A program made the position numbers and the translations under genes. The notes beneath the pieces were generated by a model that searched no databases, was not told the origin of the DNA, and saw only the letters and a list, made by a program, of their open reading frames with translations. Source: an uncultured Acidobacteriota bacterium (lineage in GTDB: Bacteria; Acidobacteriota; Vicinamibacteria; Vicinamibacterales; CAVVIG01). From it: a stretch of DNA of 64,000 bases. Below are positions 17,814-31,109 of this stretch, in pieces (the stretch's first letter is position 1; each line of letters opens with the position of its first letter). The stretch covers positions 170,661 through 234,660 of the forward strand of contig CAVQJU010000014.1 of the NCBI GenBank assembly GCA_963712905.1, read 5' to 3'.

Positions 17814-18232
17814 GCGAGGAAACGCGTCGGGTGCTCGAGATGTTGTCGCAGGGGAAAGTCAGCGTGCTCGAAGCCGAGCAGCTCTTGCAGGCGGTGAAGG
17901 CGCCGGGCCAGCCGGGCCCGCCAGGCCCGGCGGGCGACGACAAGAAGGTCGAACCGCGCTACTTTCGCATCCTCGTCAACAAGCCCGCTCATGAGGGCAA
18001 GAAGGCGGAGGCGGTCAACATCCGCGTGCCGATCACCGTGGTTCGCGGCGGCCTGCGCCTCGGCGCGTTGTTCCCGGGCATGCTCGGCAAAAAGAAGATT
18101 CAGCTGGACAACGGCACCGAGCTCGACCTGTCGAAGGTGACCTACACGGATCTCGAGGCGATGATCAAGGACATCGGCGAGCTCACGGTGGATGTGGACG
18201 GCGACGCGCAGGTGCGGATCCGTTGCGAATAG
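17810..18232 (+). CDS. SHOCT-like / LiaX-YvlB N-terminal-domain protein
   Basis: ATGA overlap with the DUF2089 gene. N-terminus MSEETRRVLEMLSQGKVSVLEAEQLLQAV matches the SHOCT-like helix pair seen in YvlB/LiaX N-termini, followed by a Pro-rich linker and a small beta-rich domain. Confidence 0.65.
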   Translation: MSEETRRVLEMLSQGKVSVLEAEQLLQAVKAPGQPGPPGPAGDDKKVEPRYFRILVNKPAHEGKKAEAVNIRVPITVVRGGLRLGALFPGMLGKKKIQLDNGTELDLSKVTYTDLEAMIKDIGELTVDVDGDAQVRIRCE

Positions 18233-18267
18233 CGCGCCGGGGCCTGACTGGGACACTATAGAGATCT

Positions 18268-18858
18268 GTGCCGGCCTGGCTCGTCGATCTGTTTGCCCGC
18301 TACGGCTACGCAGTTGTGTTTGTCGGCGTCCTGCTCGAGAACGCCGGGCTGCCGGTCCCGGGCGAGACGGTTCTGCTCGCGGGCGCCGCGCTGTCGCGGT
18401 CCGGCACGCTGTTTCTGCCGTGGGTCGTGGCCACCGCCATCGTCGGCGCCATTATCGGCGACAACATCGGGTTCATGATCGGCCGCCGCGGGGGCCGCGC
18501 CCTCGTGGAGCGCTTCGGCCCCAAGATCGGGCTGACGCCTCCGCGCCTCGAGCAGTTCGACGCCTTCTTCGACCGTCACGGCGCGAAGACTGTGTTCATC
18601 GCGCGGTTCGTCACGGGGCTGCGCGTGTTTGGCGCGGTGCTGGCCGGGACGAGCGGTCTTCCGTGGGGACGGTTCCTCGTCTACAACGCCACCGGCGCCG
18701 TTGCCTGGGCGATGACGTTCGGCGCGGTCGGGTATTTCCTGGCGTACAGTTGGGAGACGCTCGAAGAATGGATCGGGCGCAGCGGCCTGGCGCTGCTCGC
18801 CGCCGTGGCCGTCATCGCGATCGTCGCGGCACTGCGGCGGCGAAGGGCTGCGGCATGA
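18268..18858 (+). CDS. DedA-family membrane protein
   Basis: YGYAVVFVGVLLENAGLPVPGETVLLAGA... and ..TVFIARFVTGLRVFGAVLAGT.. are typical DedA/SNARE-associated blocks. GTG start. Confidence 0.9.
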   Translation: MPAWLVDLFARYGYAVVFVGVLLENAGLPVPGETVLLAGAALSRSGTLFLPWVVATAIVGAIIGDNIGFMIGRRGGRALVERFGPKIGLTPPRLEQFDAFFDRHGAKTVFIARFVTGLRVFGAVLAGTSGLPWGRFLVYNATGAVAWAMTFGAVGYFLAYSWETLEEWIGRSGLALLAAVAVIAIVAALRRRRAAA

Positions 18859-18868
18859 CACCCATCCC

Positions 18869-19777
18869 ATGATCACACTCGCGTCCGGCCTCTCCTATTT
18901 CGATCTCATGTTCGAGCGTCGACCGCGGATCATCGCGACCGCGGTCGTGCATGCGTCGGGCGGCGTCGCGCTGGTGGACCCCGGGCCATCGAGCACGCTG
19001 CCCACGCTTCGCGCGACGCTCGCCGCCTCCGGCATCTCGATGGCGGATGTCACCGACATCCTGCTCACGCACATTCACCTCGACCATGCGGGCGCGACCG
19101 GCACGCTCGTACGCGAGCATCCGCGGCTGCGCGTCTTCGTGCACGAGCGAGGGGCACCGCACATGGCGAACCCCGACAAGCTCGTGGTGAGCGCGGCGCG
19201 GCTGTACGGCGACGCGATGGACCGCTTGTGGGGCGAGGTGGCGCCGGTGCCTGCGGCGTCGATGACGATCCTGAAGGGGAAGGAACGCATCGCGGTGGGA
19301 GGCCGCACGTTCGACGTCGAGTACACGCCCGGCCACGCGTCGCATCACGTGAGCTTCTTCGATCGTGATTCAGGTGTGGCGCTGGTGGGGGATACGGCCG
19401 GCGTCAAGCTGACGCCCGACGGTTTCGTGATGCCGCCCACGCCTCCGCCCGACGTGGATCTCGAGGCCTGGCACGAGGGCCTGGGCCGCATCGAGCAGTG
19501 GCGTCCCGACACGCTGTTTCTCACGCACTTCGGGCCGTCCCCATTCGCCGGACACCTGCCGGCGCTCCGCGATCACATCGAGTTGGTCGGCGCGCTGTCG
19601 AAGCGGTTGCTCGCCCGAGAGGGGACCGACGAGGATCGCGAGGCGTGGTTTGCGGACGAAGTTCGCCGCGAGCTCACCCGCCGGACGAGCAACGCCGACA
19701 CGCTGGCGTACGAGCTGGCAGGCCGGTTCGATCTGAACTGGCGGGGCCTGGCGCGCTACTGGCGCAAGAGAACCTAG
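18869..19777 (+). CDS. MBL-fold metallo-hydrolase
   Basis: HxHxDH motif (LLTHIHLDHAG), then later TPGHASHH and FLTHFG. Confidence 0.85.
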   Translation: MITLASGLSYFDLMFERRPRIIATAVVHASGGVALVDPGPSSTLPTLRATLAASGISMADVTDILLTHIHLDHAGATGTLVREHPRLRVFVHERGAPHMANPDKLVVSAARLYGDAMDRLWGEVAPVPAASMTILKGKERIAVGGRTFDVEYTPGHASHHVSFFDRDSGVALVGDTAGVKLTPDGFVMPPTPPPDVDLEAWHEGLGRIEQWRPDTLFLTHFGPSPFAGHLPALRDHIELVGALSKRLLAREGTDEDREAWFADEVRRELTRRTSNADTLAYELAGRFDLNWRGLARYWRKRT

Positions 19778-19785
19778 CGCGAACC

Positions 19786-22390
19786 CTACTGCACCACCTG
19801 CACGACCGGTCCAGACGTGCTGGACGAGAACCCGGCGCTGCCCAGATACGACGCGGACACGACGTGGAGCCCGGTAGACAGCCCGGCCGTCGTCAGCGTC
19901 GCCTTGAAGCTGCCGCCGACGAGGGCGAGGGGCGCGTCGCCAATCGGGACACCGTCGGAATAGAACGACACCGTACCGCTCGTGGCTCCGCCAGTCACGG
20001 TCGCCGTGAAGGTCACGGGGGCTCCCAGCGTCGACGGGCTGACAGACGATGTCAGCGAGCTGACGGTGGTCGCTGGTCGAGTGCCCGAATAGATCGTGAT
20101 GGCTCCGGGCGGCGAACTGGTCGCCGCGAACGTCGCGTTCCCGAGATATCGCGCTGACAGCAGGTGCGTGCCGACCGCGAGCGTGGTCGGACTGATGGTC
20201 GCAACACCGCCGGCGACCGCCGCGCTGCCGATGACGGTATTGCCCTCCATGAATTGCACCGTGCCTGTCGGTGTGCCGCCGCCGAGCGGGATGACCGCCG
20301 CGACGAGCGTCGCCGGCTGGCCGGCCGCCTGCGGGTTCGTCTGTGCGATGAAGAACGTGAAGGTCGAGGCCGCAAGCGGCCGCACCGTTGCCGATCCGGC
20401 GCTCGACAGGCTGGCGGCGAAGTTCGTGCTGCCACCGTAAGCAGCGGTGATGTTGTGCACGCCGGAGGCGAGCCCGTTGATGACCAGATAGGCGATGTTG
20501 CTCGTCACCGTTGCGGACCCGAGCACGCTCGCGCCTTCCTTGAATTGCACGATGCCGCCGGGGACTCCTGCGCCCGGAGCAACCGGCGCGACAACGGCGA
20601 TGGCGTAGACAGGCTGCAGGAAGCCAACTGTCGCAGGCAGCACGAAAATGCTCGTCTGGGTGCTGGCGGGCGCGATCGTCAGGGTGCCGGGTTGGAACGC
20701 AATCGTGTAGTCGAGCGACGACAGGCCGCTCGGCACGATGGGATAACCGCCGACCGGGCTGGTCGCGGTGGCGGCGGTCGTCAGCGATAGCGTACCGCCG
20801 AGATTTCCCGCCGTGTCGCCGTTGACGAACCCGTTGAACGAAGCCGTGAACGTCGGCAGCGGCGCGCCGAATACCTTGTTGGCATTGATCGCGGTGACCG
20901 TCAGCGGCGCGCGGAGGACGCTGATCGTCACCGACTTGCCGGCCGGCTGGTAGTTCGCCGTGTCGGTCGGGGTGAACGTCACCGAGAGCTGCTGATTGTC
21001 GCCGGCGTGGAGCTTCACACCGGCCGCCGGCGTGTAGACGAAGGCGCCTGGAACGCTGGCGGTTGCGTTCAACTGCGTACCGCTCAGGGCGATTCCGTAG
21101 ACGATGCTGGCGGCGTTCGCCCACGTGATGACCGGCGTCGCGTGGACGACGTTGATCGAGACGTTCGCGGCGGCGTTGTTGTAGTGGACCGTGTCGGTCG
21201 GCGTGAACGTCACCTGAAGCGACTGGTTGTCGCCGGCGTTGAGAATGACGCCGGCGGCCGGCGTGTAGACAAACGTTCCAGGCACGGAAGCGGTGGCGTT
21301 CAATTGCGTCGCGCCGAGCGCCGTGCCGAACGGGATGTCGGCGGGATTCGCCCAGGTGATCGTCGGCGTCAGCTTGACGGTCGAGACGCTGCAGACGAAC
21401 AACGCCGTGGGTGTGTAACACGCCGAGAACGTGAAGCCGTCTCCCGTGAGCGTGGCGAACGCCCCCGAGATCGACGGATAGTCCATCACCTTGAACTGAT
21501 CGCCGGCGCCGGGCGTGAAGCCGTTGATGAATTGAGCGCTCAGTGTGCCGTTGAGGTTCACGGCGCCGCCGCCGAACTCGTCGAGCTGGCCTGCGCCGAT
21601 CCCGCCAATGCGGACGGCGAAAGTCCCCGTGTTGGTGAACGGCGGCGTAATCGTCAGCCGGTTCGGCGCACCTGAACGGCGCAGCGTACCGTTGTTCACG
21701 AACACCGGTGTGCCGCTGCCGTCGAAGCCGACGCTCAGGCTGGCCTGCACGTCCCAGACGCCGTCGGTCTCGTTGGTGACGCTGCTGCTGTTGCGCAGTT
21801 GGAGGCCTCCGGAAGTCCACAATACGGTTCCGTGATTGTGCAGCGACGAATCGATCAGGTAATGCGTCTGATTCGGTGCGGCGGATAGCGTCAGTGTGCG
21901 GCCGGGCATGACCTCAACGCCGCCAGCGACGCTGATAATCGTGTCGCCGTTGGCCTGCCATGTGCCGGATGCCCCGAGGTGGAGCGTCCCGGTCCCGGCA
22001 ACCTGCGCCGTGACGATGAAGGGCAGGGTGACCGTCACATCACCACTGATCGTCGTCAGGCCGTTGGCGTGCAGGAGCCCGGCTCCGGCGAAGGTCGAAC
22101 CTGTCTGCAATGTCACGTGGTCGAGGAGTAACACGGTGCTGGCGGCGAGCTGGAGCAGGCCGTTGGACGCCAGGCCGGCGCCGCTCGTCACGGCGATCGT
22201 GCCGGTCTGAAGATCGACGGTGCCGTTGTTGGTCGAGGCCACGTTCCCGCCAAGAGTCAGCGTCCCGGCCCCGAGAGACTTGCGCAGGATGCCGAGATTG
22301 GTGAACACCGGTGCGCCGATGCCATCGGAGACGAAAGCGAAGTCGCCCCGAGCATCCCACAGTCCGCCGGCCTCGTTCACAGCAGGACCT
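19786..22390 (-). CDS. giant repeat protein, segment 4: last module, MBG (YGX-type) domains and three Ig-like (group 3-like) domains
   Basis: ORF 19786..22437. Two units of type TPTITWANPADIPFGTALGATQLNATASVPGTFVYTPAAG..LNAGDNQSLQVTFTPTDT.NY. An MBG-like unit: LTVTAINANKVFGAPLPTFTASFNGFVNGDTAGNLGG...PVGGYPIVPSGLSSLDYTIAFQPGTLTI. Three units of type ..GTVQF.EG..V.G.A.....A........G.H...A.Y.G...F..S.S. Confidence 0.75.
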
Positions 22391-25300
22391 GGTGTTGCGG
22401 AGGAGCAGGGCGCCGCCCGTCCAGACGACCGTCCCATGATTGTGGAGCGACGAGTCGATCAGGAAGTGCGTCTGGTTCGGCGCGGAGGACAGTGTCAGCG
22501 TGCGGCCGGCCATGACGTCCACACCACCGGCGACGCTGATGATTGTGTCGCCGTTCGCCTGCCAGGTGGTCGCCGCGGCGAGGTGAAGCGTTCCCGTGCC
22601 GAAGATGTGTCCCGTGACGAGGAGTGGCGCCGCGACCGTCAGGTTGCCGGGGACCGTCGTGACCCCGTTGGCGTGCAGCAGGCCGGTCCCCGCGACCGTC
22701 GAGCCCGCCTGCAGCGTGACGCGATCCATCTGGAACGTCGTCCCGGTCGCGACCTGCAGCAGGCCGGTCGTCGTCAGCTGCTGCCCGCCGACGGCGACGA
22801 CGCCGCTCTGGAGATCGATCGTTCCGGTGTTGAAGTACGCGACGTTCCCCCCGAGAGTCAGCGTGCCCGGGCCCGCGGACTTGCGCAGGATGCCGAGATT
22901 GGTGAACACCGGCGCGCCGATGCCATCGGAGACGAAAGCGAAGTCGCCCCGAGCATCCCACAGTCCGCCGGCCTCGTTCACAGCAGTACTGGTGTTGCGG
23001 AGGAGCAGGGCGCCGCCCGTCCAGACGACCGTCCCATGATTGTGGAGCGACGAGTCGATCAGGAAGTGCGTCTGGTTCGGCGCGGAGGACAGCGTCAGTG
23101 TGCGGCCGGCCATGACGTCCACACCACCGGCGACGCTGATGATTGTGTCGCCGTTCGCCTGCCAGGTGGTGGCCGTGGCGAGGTGAAGCGTTCCGGTGCC
23201 GAAGATGTGTAGGGTGACGAGGAGTGGCACCGTGACTGTCAGGTCGCCGGGGACCGTCGTGACCCCGTTGGCGTGCAGCAGACCGCCGCCGCTGAACGTC
23301 GAGCTCGCCTGCAGCGTGACGTGGTCCAGCTGGAACGTCGTCCCGATGGCGACCTGCAGCGGGCCGCTCGTATTCAGCCCCCCCGGACTGGTGACAGCGA
23401 GCGTACCGCTCTGGAGGTCGATGGTGCCGGTGTTGGCATAGACGACGACACCCCCGAGCGTCAGCGTGCCGGCGCCGGCACTTTTCCGCAGCGTGCCGAG
23501 GTTGGCGAAGGCCGGCGAACCGGGGCCCCCTGAGCCAACGGACACATCGCTTTGAACATCCCAGAGGCCCCCGACCTCGTTGGTGACCGCGCTGGCGTTG
23601 AGGAGCAGGCCGCCCGATGTCCAGAGAACCGTCCCGTGATTGTGCAGCGACGAGTCGATCAGGTAGTGCGTCTGATTCGGCGCCGAGGACAGCGTCAGTG
23701 TGCGGCCGGCCATGACGTCTACGCCGCCCGTGACGCTGATGATCGTATCGCCGTTCGCCTGCCAGGTTGTGGCCGCGGCGAGGTGAAGCGTCCCGGCGCC
23801 GGCGACCTGTCCCGTCACGAGGAGCCGTGCCGTGACGGTGACGTCGCCGGTGATTGTCGTCAGTCCATTGGCGTGCAGGAGACCCGCCCCGCCGAACGTC
23901 GAGCCGTTCTGCAGCGTGACGCGATCCAGCTGGAACGTCGTTCCGGTCGCGACCTGCAGCGGGCCGCTGGTCGTCAGCTGTTGCCCGCCGACGGCGATGA
24001 CGCCGCTCTGGAGATCGATGGTGCCGCTGTTGGCATAGACGACGACACCCCCGAGCGTCAGCGTGCCGGCGCCGGCGCTTTTCCGCAGGGTGCCAAGGTT
24101 GGTGAAGGTTGGTGAACCGGGGCCCCCTGAGCCAACGGACACGTCGCCTTGAACATCCCAGAGGCCGCCGACCTCGTTGGTGACCGCACTGCCGTTGAGG
24201 AGCAGGCCGCCCGATGTCCAGACAACCGTCCCGCTGGTGTGCAGCGAGGAGTCGATCAGGTAGTGCGTCTGATTCGGCGCAGAAGAGATCGTCAGCGTGC
24301 GACCGGCCATGACGTCCACGCCGCCCGCGACGCTGATGATCGTGTCGCCGTTCGCCTGCCAGGTTGCAGGGGCTGCCAGGTGGAGCGTTCCCGTGCCACT
24401 GACGGTTCCAGTCACCAGAAGCGGAGTCGTGATCGTGACCGCCCCGGTGATCGTCGTCACGCCATTGGCGTGGAGCAGGCCGGCGCCGCCAAAGGTCGAG
24501 CCGTTCTTCAGGGTGACGCGGTCCAGCTGGACGGTCATCCCCGCAGCCACCTGCATCACGCCACTGGTCGTCAGCTGTTGCCCGCCGACGGCGAGGATGC
24601 CGCTCTGGAGATCGATGGTGCCGGTGTTGGAATAGACGACGGTCCCGCCGAGCGTGAGCGTGCCGGCGCCGGCGCTCTTCCGCAGGGTGCCAAGGTTGGT
24701 GAAGGTTGGTGAACCAGGGCCCCCTGAGCCAACGGAGACGTCGCCTTGAACATCCCAGAGGCCGCCGACCTCGTTGGTGACCGCGCTGCCGTTGAGGAGC
24801 AGGCCGCCCGATGTCCAGACGACCGTCCCGCTGGTGTGCAGCGAGGAGTCGATCAGGTAGTGCGTCTGATTCGGTGCGGCAGAGATCGTCAGCGTGCGAC
24901 CGGCCATGACATCGACGCCGCCCGCCAGGCTGATGATCGTATCGCCGTTGGCTTGCCACGTGGCGGGCGCGTCCAGATGCAGCGTGCCCGTCCCGGCGAT
25001 CTGGCTGGTGATGAGGAGCGGCGCCGTGACCGTGACGTTGCCAGTGATGGTCGTGAGCCCGTTCGCCTGTAACAATCCGGGGCCGGCGAACGTCGAACCG
25101 GTCTGCAACGTCACTTTGTCGAGCTGGAACGCGGTACCGGCCGCCAGTTTCAGGAAGCCGCTGTTGATCAACTGCAAGCTGCTGGTGACGGCGATGGTGC
25201 CGGCCTGAAGATCGATCGTCCCGCTGTTCGCGAACGCAATCGTGCCGCCCAGCGTCATCTGGCCGCCGGTGGAGGCTTTGCGCAACGTGCCGAGGTTCGT

Positions 25301-25690
25301 GAACGTCGGCAGCCCCACGGAATCGGATGTCAGGCTCAGATCGTTGTCGGCTTCCCAGACGCCGTCGGACTCGACGATCACGGCGCTGTTGCGGATCGTC
25401 ACGGCGCCATACGTCCAGATGACCGCGCCATGAACGTGCAGGGATGAGTCGATCAGGAAGTGATTCGGATAATCGCCGGGGCTGATGCCAATCGTGAGCG
25501 CGCCGCCGGCGGGCACGGTCACCCCTCCGGCCAGGCTGATCACCGAGTTGGGGCCGCCGACCCATGAGGATGATGCGGCTGGACTCAGCGTCGCGCTGCC
25601 CGTTCCCGTGATCGTGCCCGACAGCGTGAGGCCGCCGCCGAACGAGGCCGTGCCGGAGACGATCAGCGTTCCCGTGACGATCAGCTGTTC
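21640..25690 (-). repeat. seven tandem in-frame coding repeats, period ~597-607 bp
   Basis: The landmark ..gattgtg(c/g)agcgacga(g/a)tcgatcagg.. or its diverged form recurs near 21825, 22432, 23032, 23633, 24230, 24827 and 25425. 22441-22560 versus 23041-23160 (offset exactly 600) differ at 2 of 120 positions. Confidence 0.85.
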
Positions 25691-25705
25691 CGCAGACTGT
25701 ACCGG
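22386..25705 (-). CDS. giant repeat protein, segment 3: six of the seven ~200-aa modules
   Basis: Coding part of ORF 22040..26215, from ..VQSAEQLIVTGTL.. to ..TGGALLLRNT. Each module contains GTGTLHL...TWQANGDTIIS.AGGVDVMAGRTLT.S.APNQTH(Y/F)LIDSSLH..GTV.WT.G.L.L......NE.GGLWD......V......P.FTNLG.LRKS.G.GTLTLGG.V...N.GTIDLQSG..AV. Confidence 0.75.
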
Positions 25706-26474
25706 ACTGCACGTTCGCTGTCGTCGTCCGCACGGTGACGACGAAATTGCCGGCCGGCCGATCGATGACCACGGTATCGCCGTCGCCGGGAACAACGCCG
25801 CCGCTCCAGTTCGTGGGGACGTCCCAGAAACCGCTGGCGTCGACATTCCACGTGACGATGTTCGACGACGCTGGGGAGTTCGCGGCGCCGGCCGGCGCCG
25901 ATGCCGGGTTGTGATCGGAGGACGAAGACGTTGACGCCTCGCTGACGCGGGTCGCCAGGACGAACGTGCCGAGCGCCGCCGCGTGGCCGCACAGGGACGC
26001 CTGATCGGCAGCAAGCGCGGCCTCATCGACCCAGGCCGCGCCGTCGAATCGCAGCAGCCGAAGTGCAGCGGCGGCGGATGTCGTTTCCGGCGTGTCGAAA
26101 CACACGAGGGCGCCGTCTTGCGTCGTGGCGTCAGCGACGACGCTGAAGTACGCCGTGACGGCCTTGAATTCTGTCGGCACCGCAGGACCGGCGGTGGTGA
26201 TGGCCAGCGACGCATTGCCTGGCGCCGTCACGTTCGAGAAGGTGACCGTCAACGGGTTCCGCCCGGCGACCGGATCAAACGGATCGGTGCGGACGTTCGA
26301 TCCGGCGGACGCGTCGGGTGGAAGCGCGATCGTGAAGATGGCGGTTGGGTCAGGCGCCGTCAGAATCGCCGTGTGTCCGTCCGGAGAGAGCGCCGCCGTG
26401 ACTCCCGGTATTCCACCTGCCGGGCTATCGACCGGCGTCGTTTCGCCGCGGTTCAAATCGTGCAATAAAGCCGC
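25700..26474 (-). CDS. giant repeat protein, segment 2: spacer domains and W..NW..G..P motif region
   Basis: Coding-looking part of ORF 22377..26465: ..DLNRGETTPVDSP...LTVTFSNVTAPGNASL...IVTWNVDASGFWDVPTNWSGGVVPGDGDTVVIDRPAGNFVVTV. Downstream of about 25700 this frame turns Arg-rich nonsense. Confidence 0.65.
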
Positions 26475-27412
26475 GTCGCCGCCTCGAAGAGCACTCGACG
26501 GCCGTTGCCGCTTATCGACACGAAGTTCGAAGCCGCGTCTGCGCCGTCGGACGCGCTTACCCGCGTCGTCGTCCCGTTACGGAGATCCACCACGAAAACG
26601 TCCGCAGACCCGTTCGAGTCGCCAGGCACGAGGTTGTCGGCCGCCGATGTGAAGGCGACGGCCGACCCGCCGGCGGCGATCGCCGCGCCCGCCGCCGCGG
26701 CATTCAATGCTGAATTCGTGAGCAGGCGCAGGTTCGCCGAAGATCCCGTGCGATCGAGGAGGTAGACGTCGCCGACCTGATTCAAATCCTCCGGGAGCAG
26801 CTGGCTTGCTGTGGCGAACGCCACGTAGCGGCCGTCGGCGGAGATCGAGGGACCGCCGGTGAGGCGCGCGCCACGCGTCCAACGTTCGGTGCGGCCGGCC
26901 ACAAGATCGCGAACGAACAGATCCGGCGTGCCCGGCGCATCTCCGTCCGCGCGGTCGAGATTCGCAGTACTCGCGAACGCCACGAAACGCCCGTTGCCTG
27001 AAAGGACGGGGGCGCCACTCAACGTCCCGTCGGCTTCGGTCAATCCGCCGTCGCCGACGTCAACCCGTATCGGTTGTCCCGTGAACGGCGCGTTCCTGAC
27101 GTATGCCGCAGATATCCCGGCCGGTCCATCGGCGCGAAACGCCAGGCGTGTGCCGTCGAGGCTCAGGGACAGCGGGTAGGCGCACCTGCACTGACCGACC
27201 GGCGATAGCTGCCCGGTGGTCTGATTCCTGACGTAGATCGTTTGCAGGCCGGTCGGAGGTGTGCCCAGCCCCAGATCGGCCGAACTGACAAACGCCACGA
27301 TGTCGGCGGGTCCATTCATCGCCGGTTGGGCGGCGACCTGCAGGGGAATCGCGAGCGCGATGGCGGCAAGTACTGAGGTTCGGAGTTGCCCAGACTTGCG
27401 TTGAATACGCAC
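26453..27412 (-). CDS. giant repeat protein, segment 1: signal peptide + PD40/TolB-like beta-propeller repeats
   Basis: Repeated ..G(R/T)..AF.S.A.NL...D.NG..DVFV.D.. units: SGNGRFVAFASTANLDRADGDAPGTPDLFVRD, SADGRYVAFATASQLLPEDLNQVGDVYLLD, GGSAVAFTSAADNLVPGDSNGSADVFVVD. Confidence 0.75.
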   Translation of the reverse strand: MRIQRKSGQLRTSVLAAIALAIPLQVAAQPAMNGPADIVAFVSSADLGLGTPPTGLQTIYVRNQTTGQLSPVGQCRCAYPLSLSLDGTRLAFRADGPAGISAAYVRNAPFTGQPIRVDVGDGGLTEADGTLSGAPVLSGNGRFVAFASTANLDRADGDAPGTPDLFVRDLVAGRTERWTRGARLTGGPSISADGRYVAFATASQLLPEDLNQVGDVYLLDRTGSSANLRLLTNSALNAAAAGAAIAAGGSAVAFTSAADNLVPGDSNGSADVFVVDLRNGTTTRVSASDGADAASNFVSISGNGRRVLFEAATRLYCTI

Positions 27413-27564
27413 GTTTCCCCCTTATGGCTCGGTCCGCCTAGCTCATCATTTGACAAGCTCGGCATTATTGACCAAGACACGCGGGAGAACGACAGATTTT
27501 TGCAGTTGAGGGTGTTGAGTCAGACCACGCCGTCGAACGAGTCGAAAAGACGCACCAGGACGAC

Positions 27565-27945
27565 TTACGCTGTCGCGCGCGCGGGCGCCGACATGCTCTG
27601 GCGCCGCGGTTCGACCATGAGCCGCAGCGCGAGGCCCTGCGGGGCCCCGGCCGACGTGGCCGGCGTCACGCGATAGACCGCCGACAGCACGCGGCCGCGC
27701 CGCAGCGCCTCGGGCAGCGCGTCGCCGTCGCGCGCCTCGCGCTCGAGCTGAAACTGCACCAGCCGATACATCGGAATCGAGACGCCCGACTGGCACTCCA
27801 CGTAGACGCCCTGCTCGCAGACGTTGCGCGCCACGACGCTGGCAAACCGCTCGGTGCCGCGCTGGTCCCGCCACATCAGGCGCGCGGGCAGTGCCACCGG
27901 ACGGCGTTCCGTCAGGCGCGTGTGGTCGTTCGGGCGAGTGGGCAT
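27565..27945 (-). CDS. PilZ-like domain protein (putative c-di-GMP receptor)
   Basis: RLTERR (RxxxR) is followed 25 aa later by NVCEQG, which matches (D/N)x(S/C)xxG, and then a beta-rich segment: the PilZ motif pair. The start is uncertain (ATG 27945 chosen; TTG 28014 is possible). Confidence 0.5.
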   Translation of the reverse strand: MPTRPNDHTRLTERRPVALPARLMWRDQRGTERFASVVARNVCEQGVYVECQSGVSIPMYRLVQFQLEREARDGDALPEALRRGRVLSAVYRVTPATSAGAPQGLALRLMVEPRRQSMSAPARATA

Positions 27946-28094
27946 CGTGTGGACAGTTGCTGGCGTCACGGCATCCTCCTGAGGATGAAAGCCTTGTGCG
28001 AGGAGATGTATCAAGGGCCACGCCCGGTAAATTCTGGCTTACGCCACCAGATGGTCCAATAACCTAACACTAACCAAATCAGTGGGTTACTAAA

Positions 28095-28171
28095 CTGTGC
28101 AAGGAATGAACTTCCTGTGCAAGATGGATACTTGCTATCCGATCAGTGTGGTAATCGGATATCCAGTATCC
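28095..28171 (-). promoter_or_regulatory. cluster of direct and inverted repeats between the sigma-54 activator gene and the PilZ-like gene (candidate activator binding sites)
   Basis: CTGTGCAAG occurs twice (28095-28103, 28115-28123; 20-bp phase). Also GGATA-CTTGC-TATCC (28126-28140), the palindrome GGATATCC (28157-28164) and a further TATCC (28167-28171). The region is visibly AT-richer than its flanks. Confidence 0.3.
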
Positions 28172-28173
28172 AG

Positions 28174-31109
<2,936 letters not shown>

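Larger units (their letters stand above)
19786..27412 (-). pseudogene. giant secreted repeat protein (~2,540 aa if three 1-nt frame breaks are bridged): PD40-like propeller + 7 x ~200-aa modules + MBG domains + Ig-like domains
   Basis: Four consecutive minus-strand reading segments join sensibly at about 26470, 25703 and 22388. The join at 22388 is shown by comparison with the paralogous repeat at 22981-23000 (LLLRNTSTAVNEAGGLWDARGDFAF). GTG start at 27412 follows AAGGGGGAAAC. Signal peptide MRIQRKSGQLRTSVLAAIALAIPLQVAAQPA. Confidence 0.75.

Noticed and set aside
21640-25690. Considered whether the regular ~600-bp repeats could be a CRISPR array or a satellite.
   Set aside because: The repeat unit is about 600 bp, is continuous with no short repeat/spacer alternation, and is in-frame coding sequence for protein modules.
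22377-26465. A 1,362-aa minus-strand ORF, and several 100-330-aa plus-strand ORFs (for example 22220..23212), overlapping the giant gene.
   Set aside because: Apart from its first ~255 codons (used as segment 2), the translation is monotonous Arg/His/Gly/Asp-rich text that merely repeats with the DNA period. The real frame gives motif-rich modules. These are shadow frames of GC-rich repeats.
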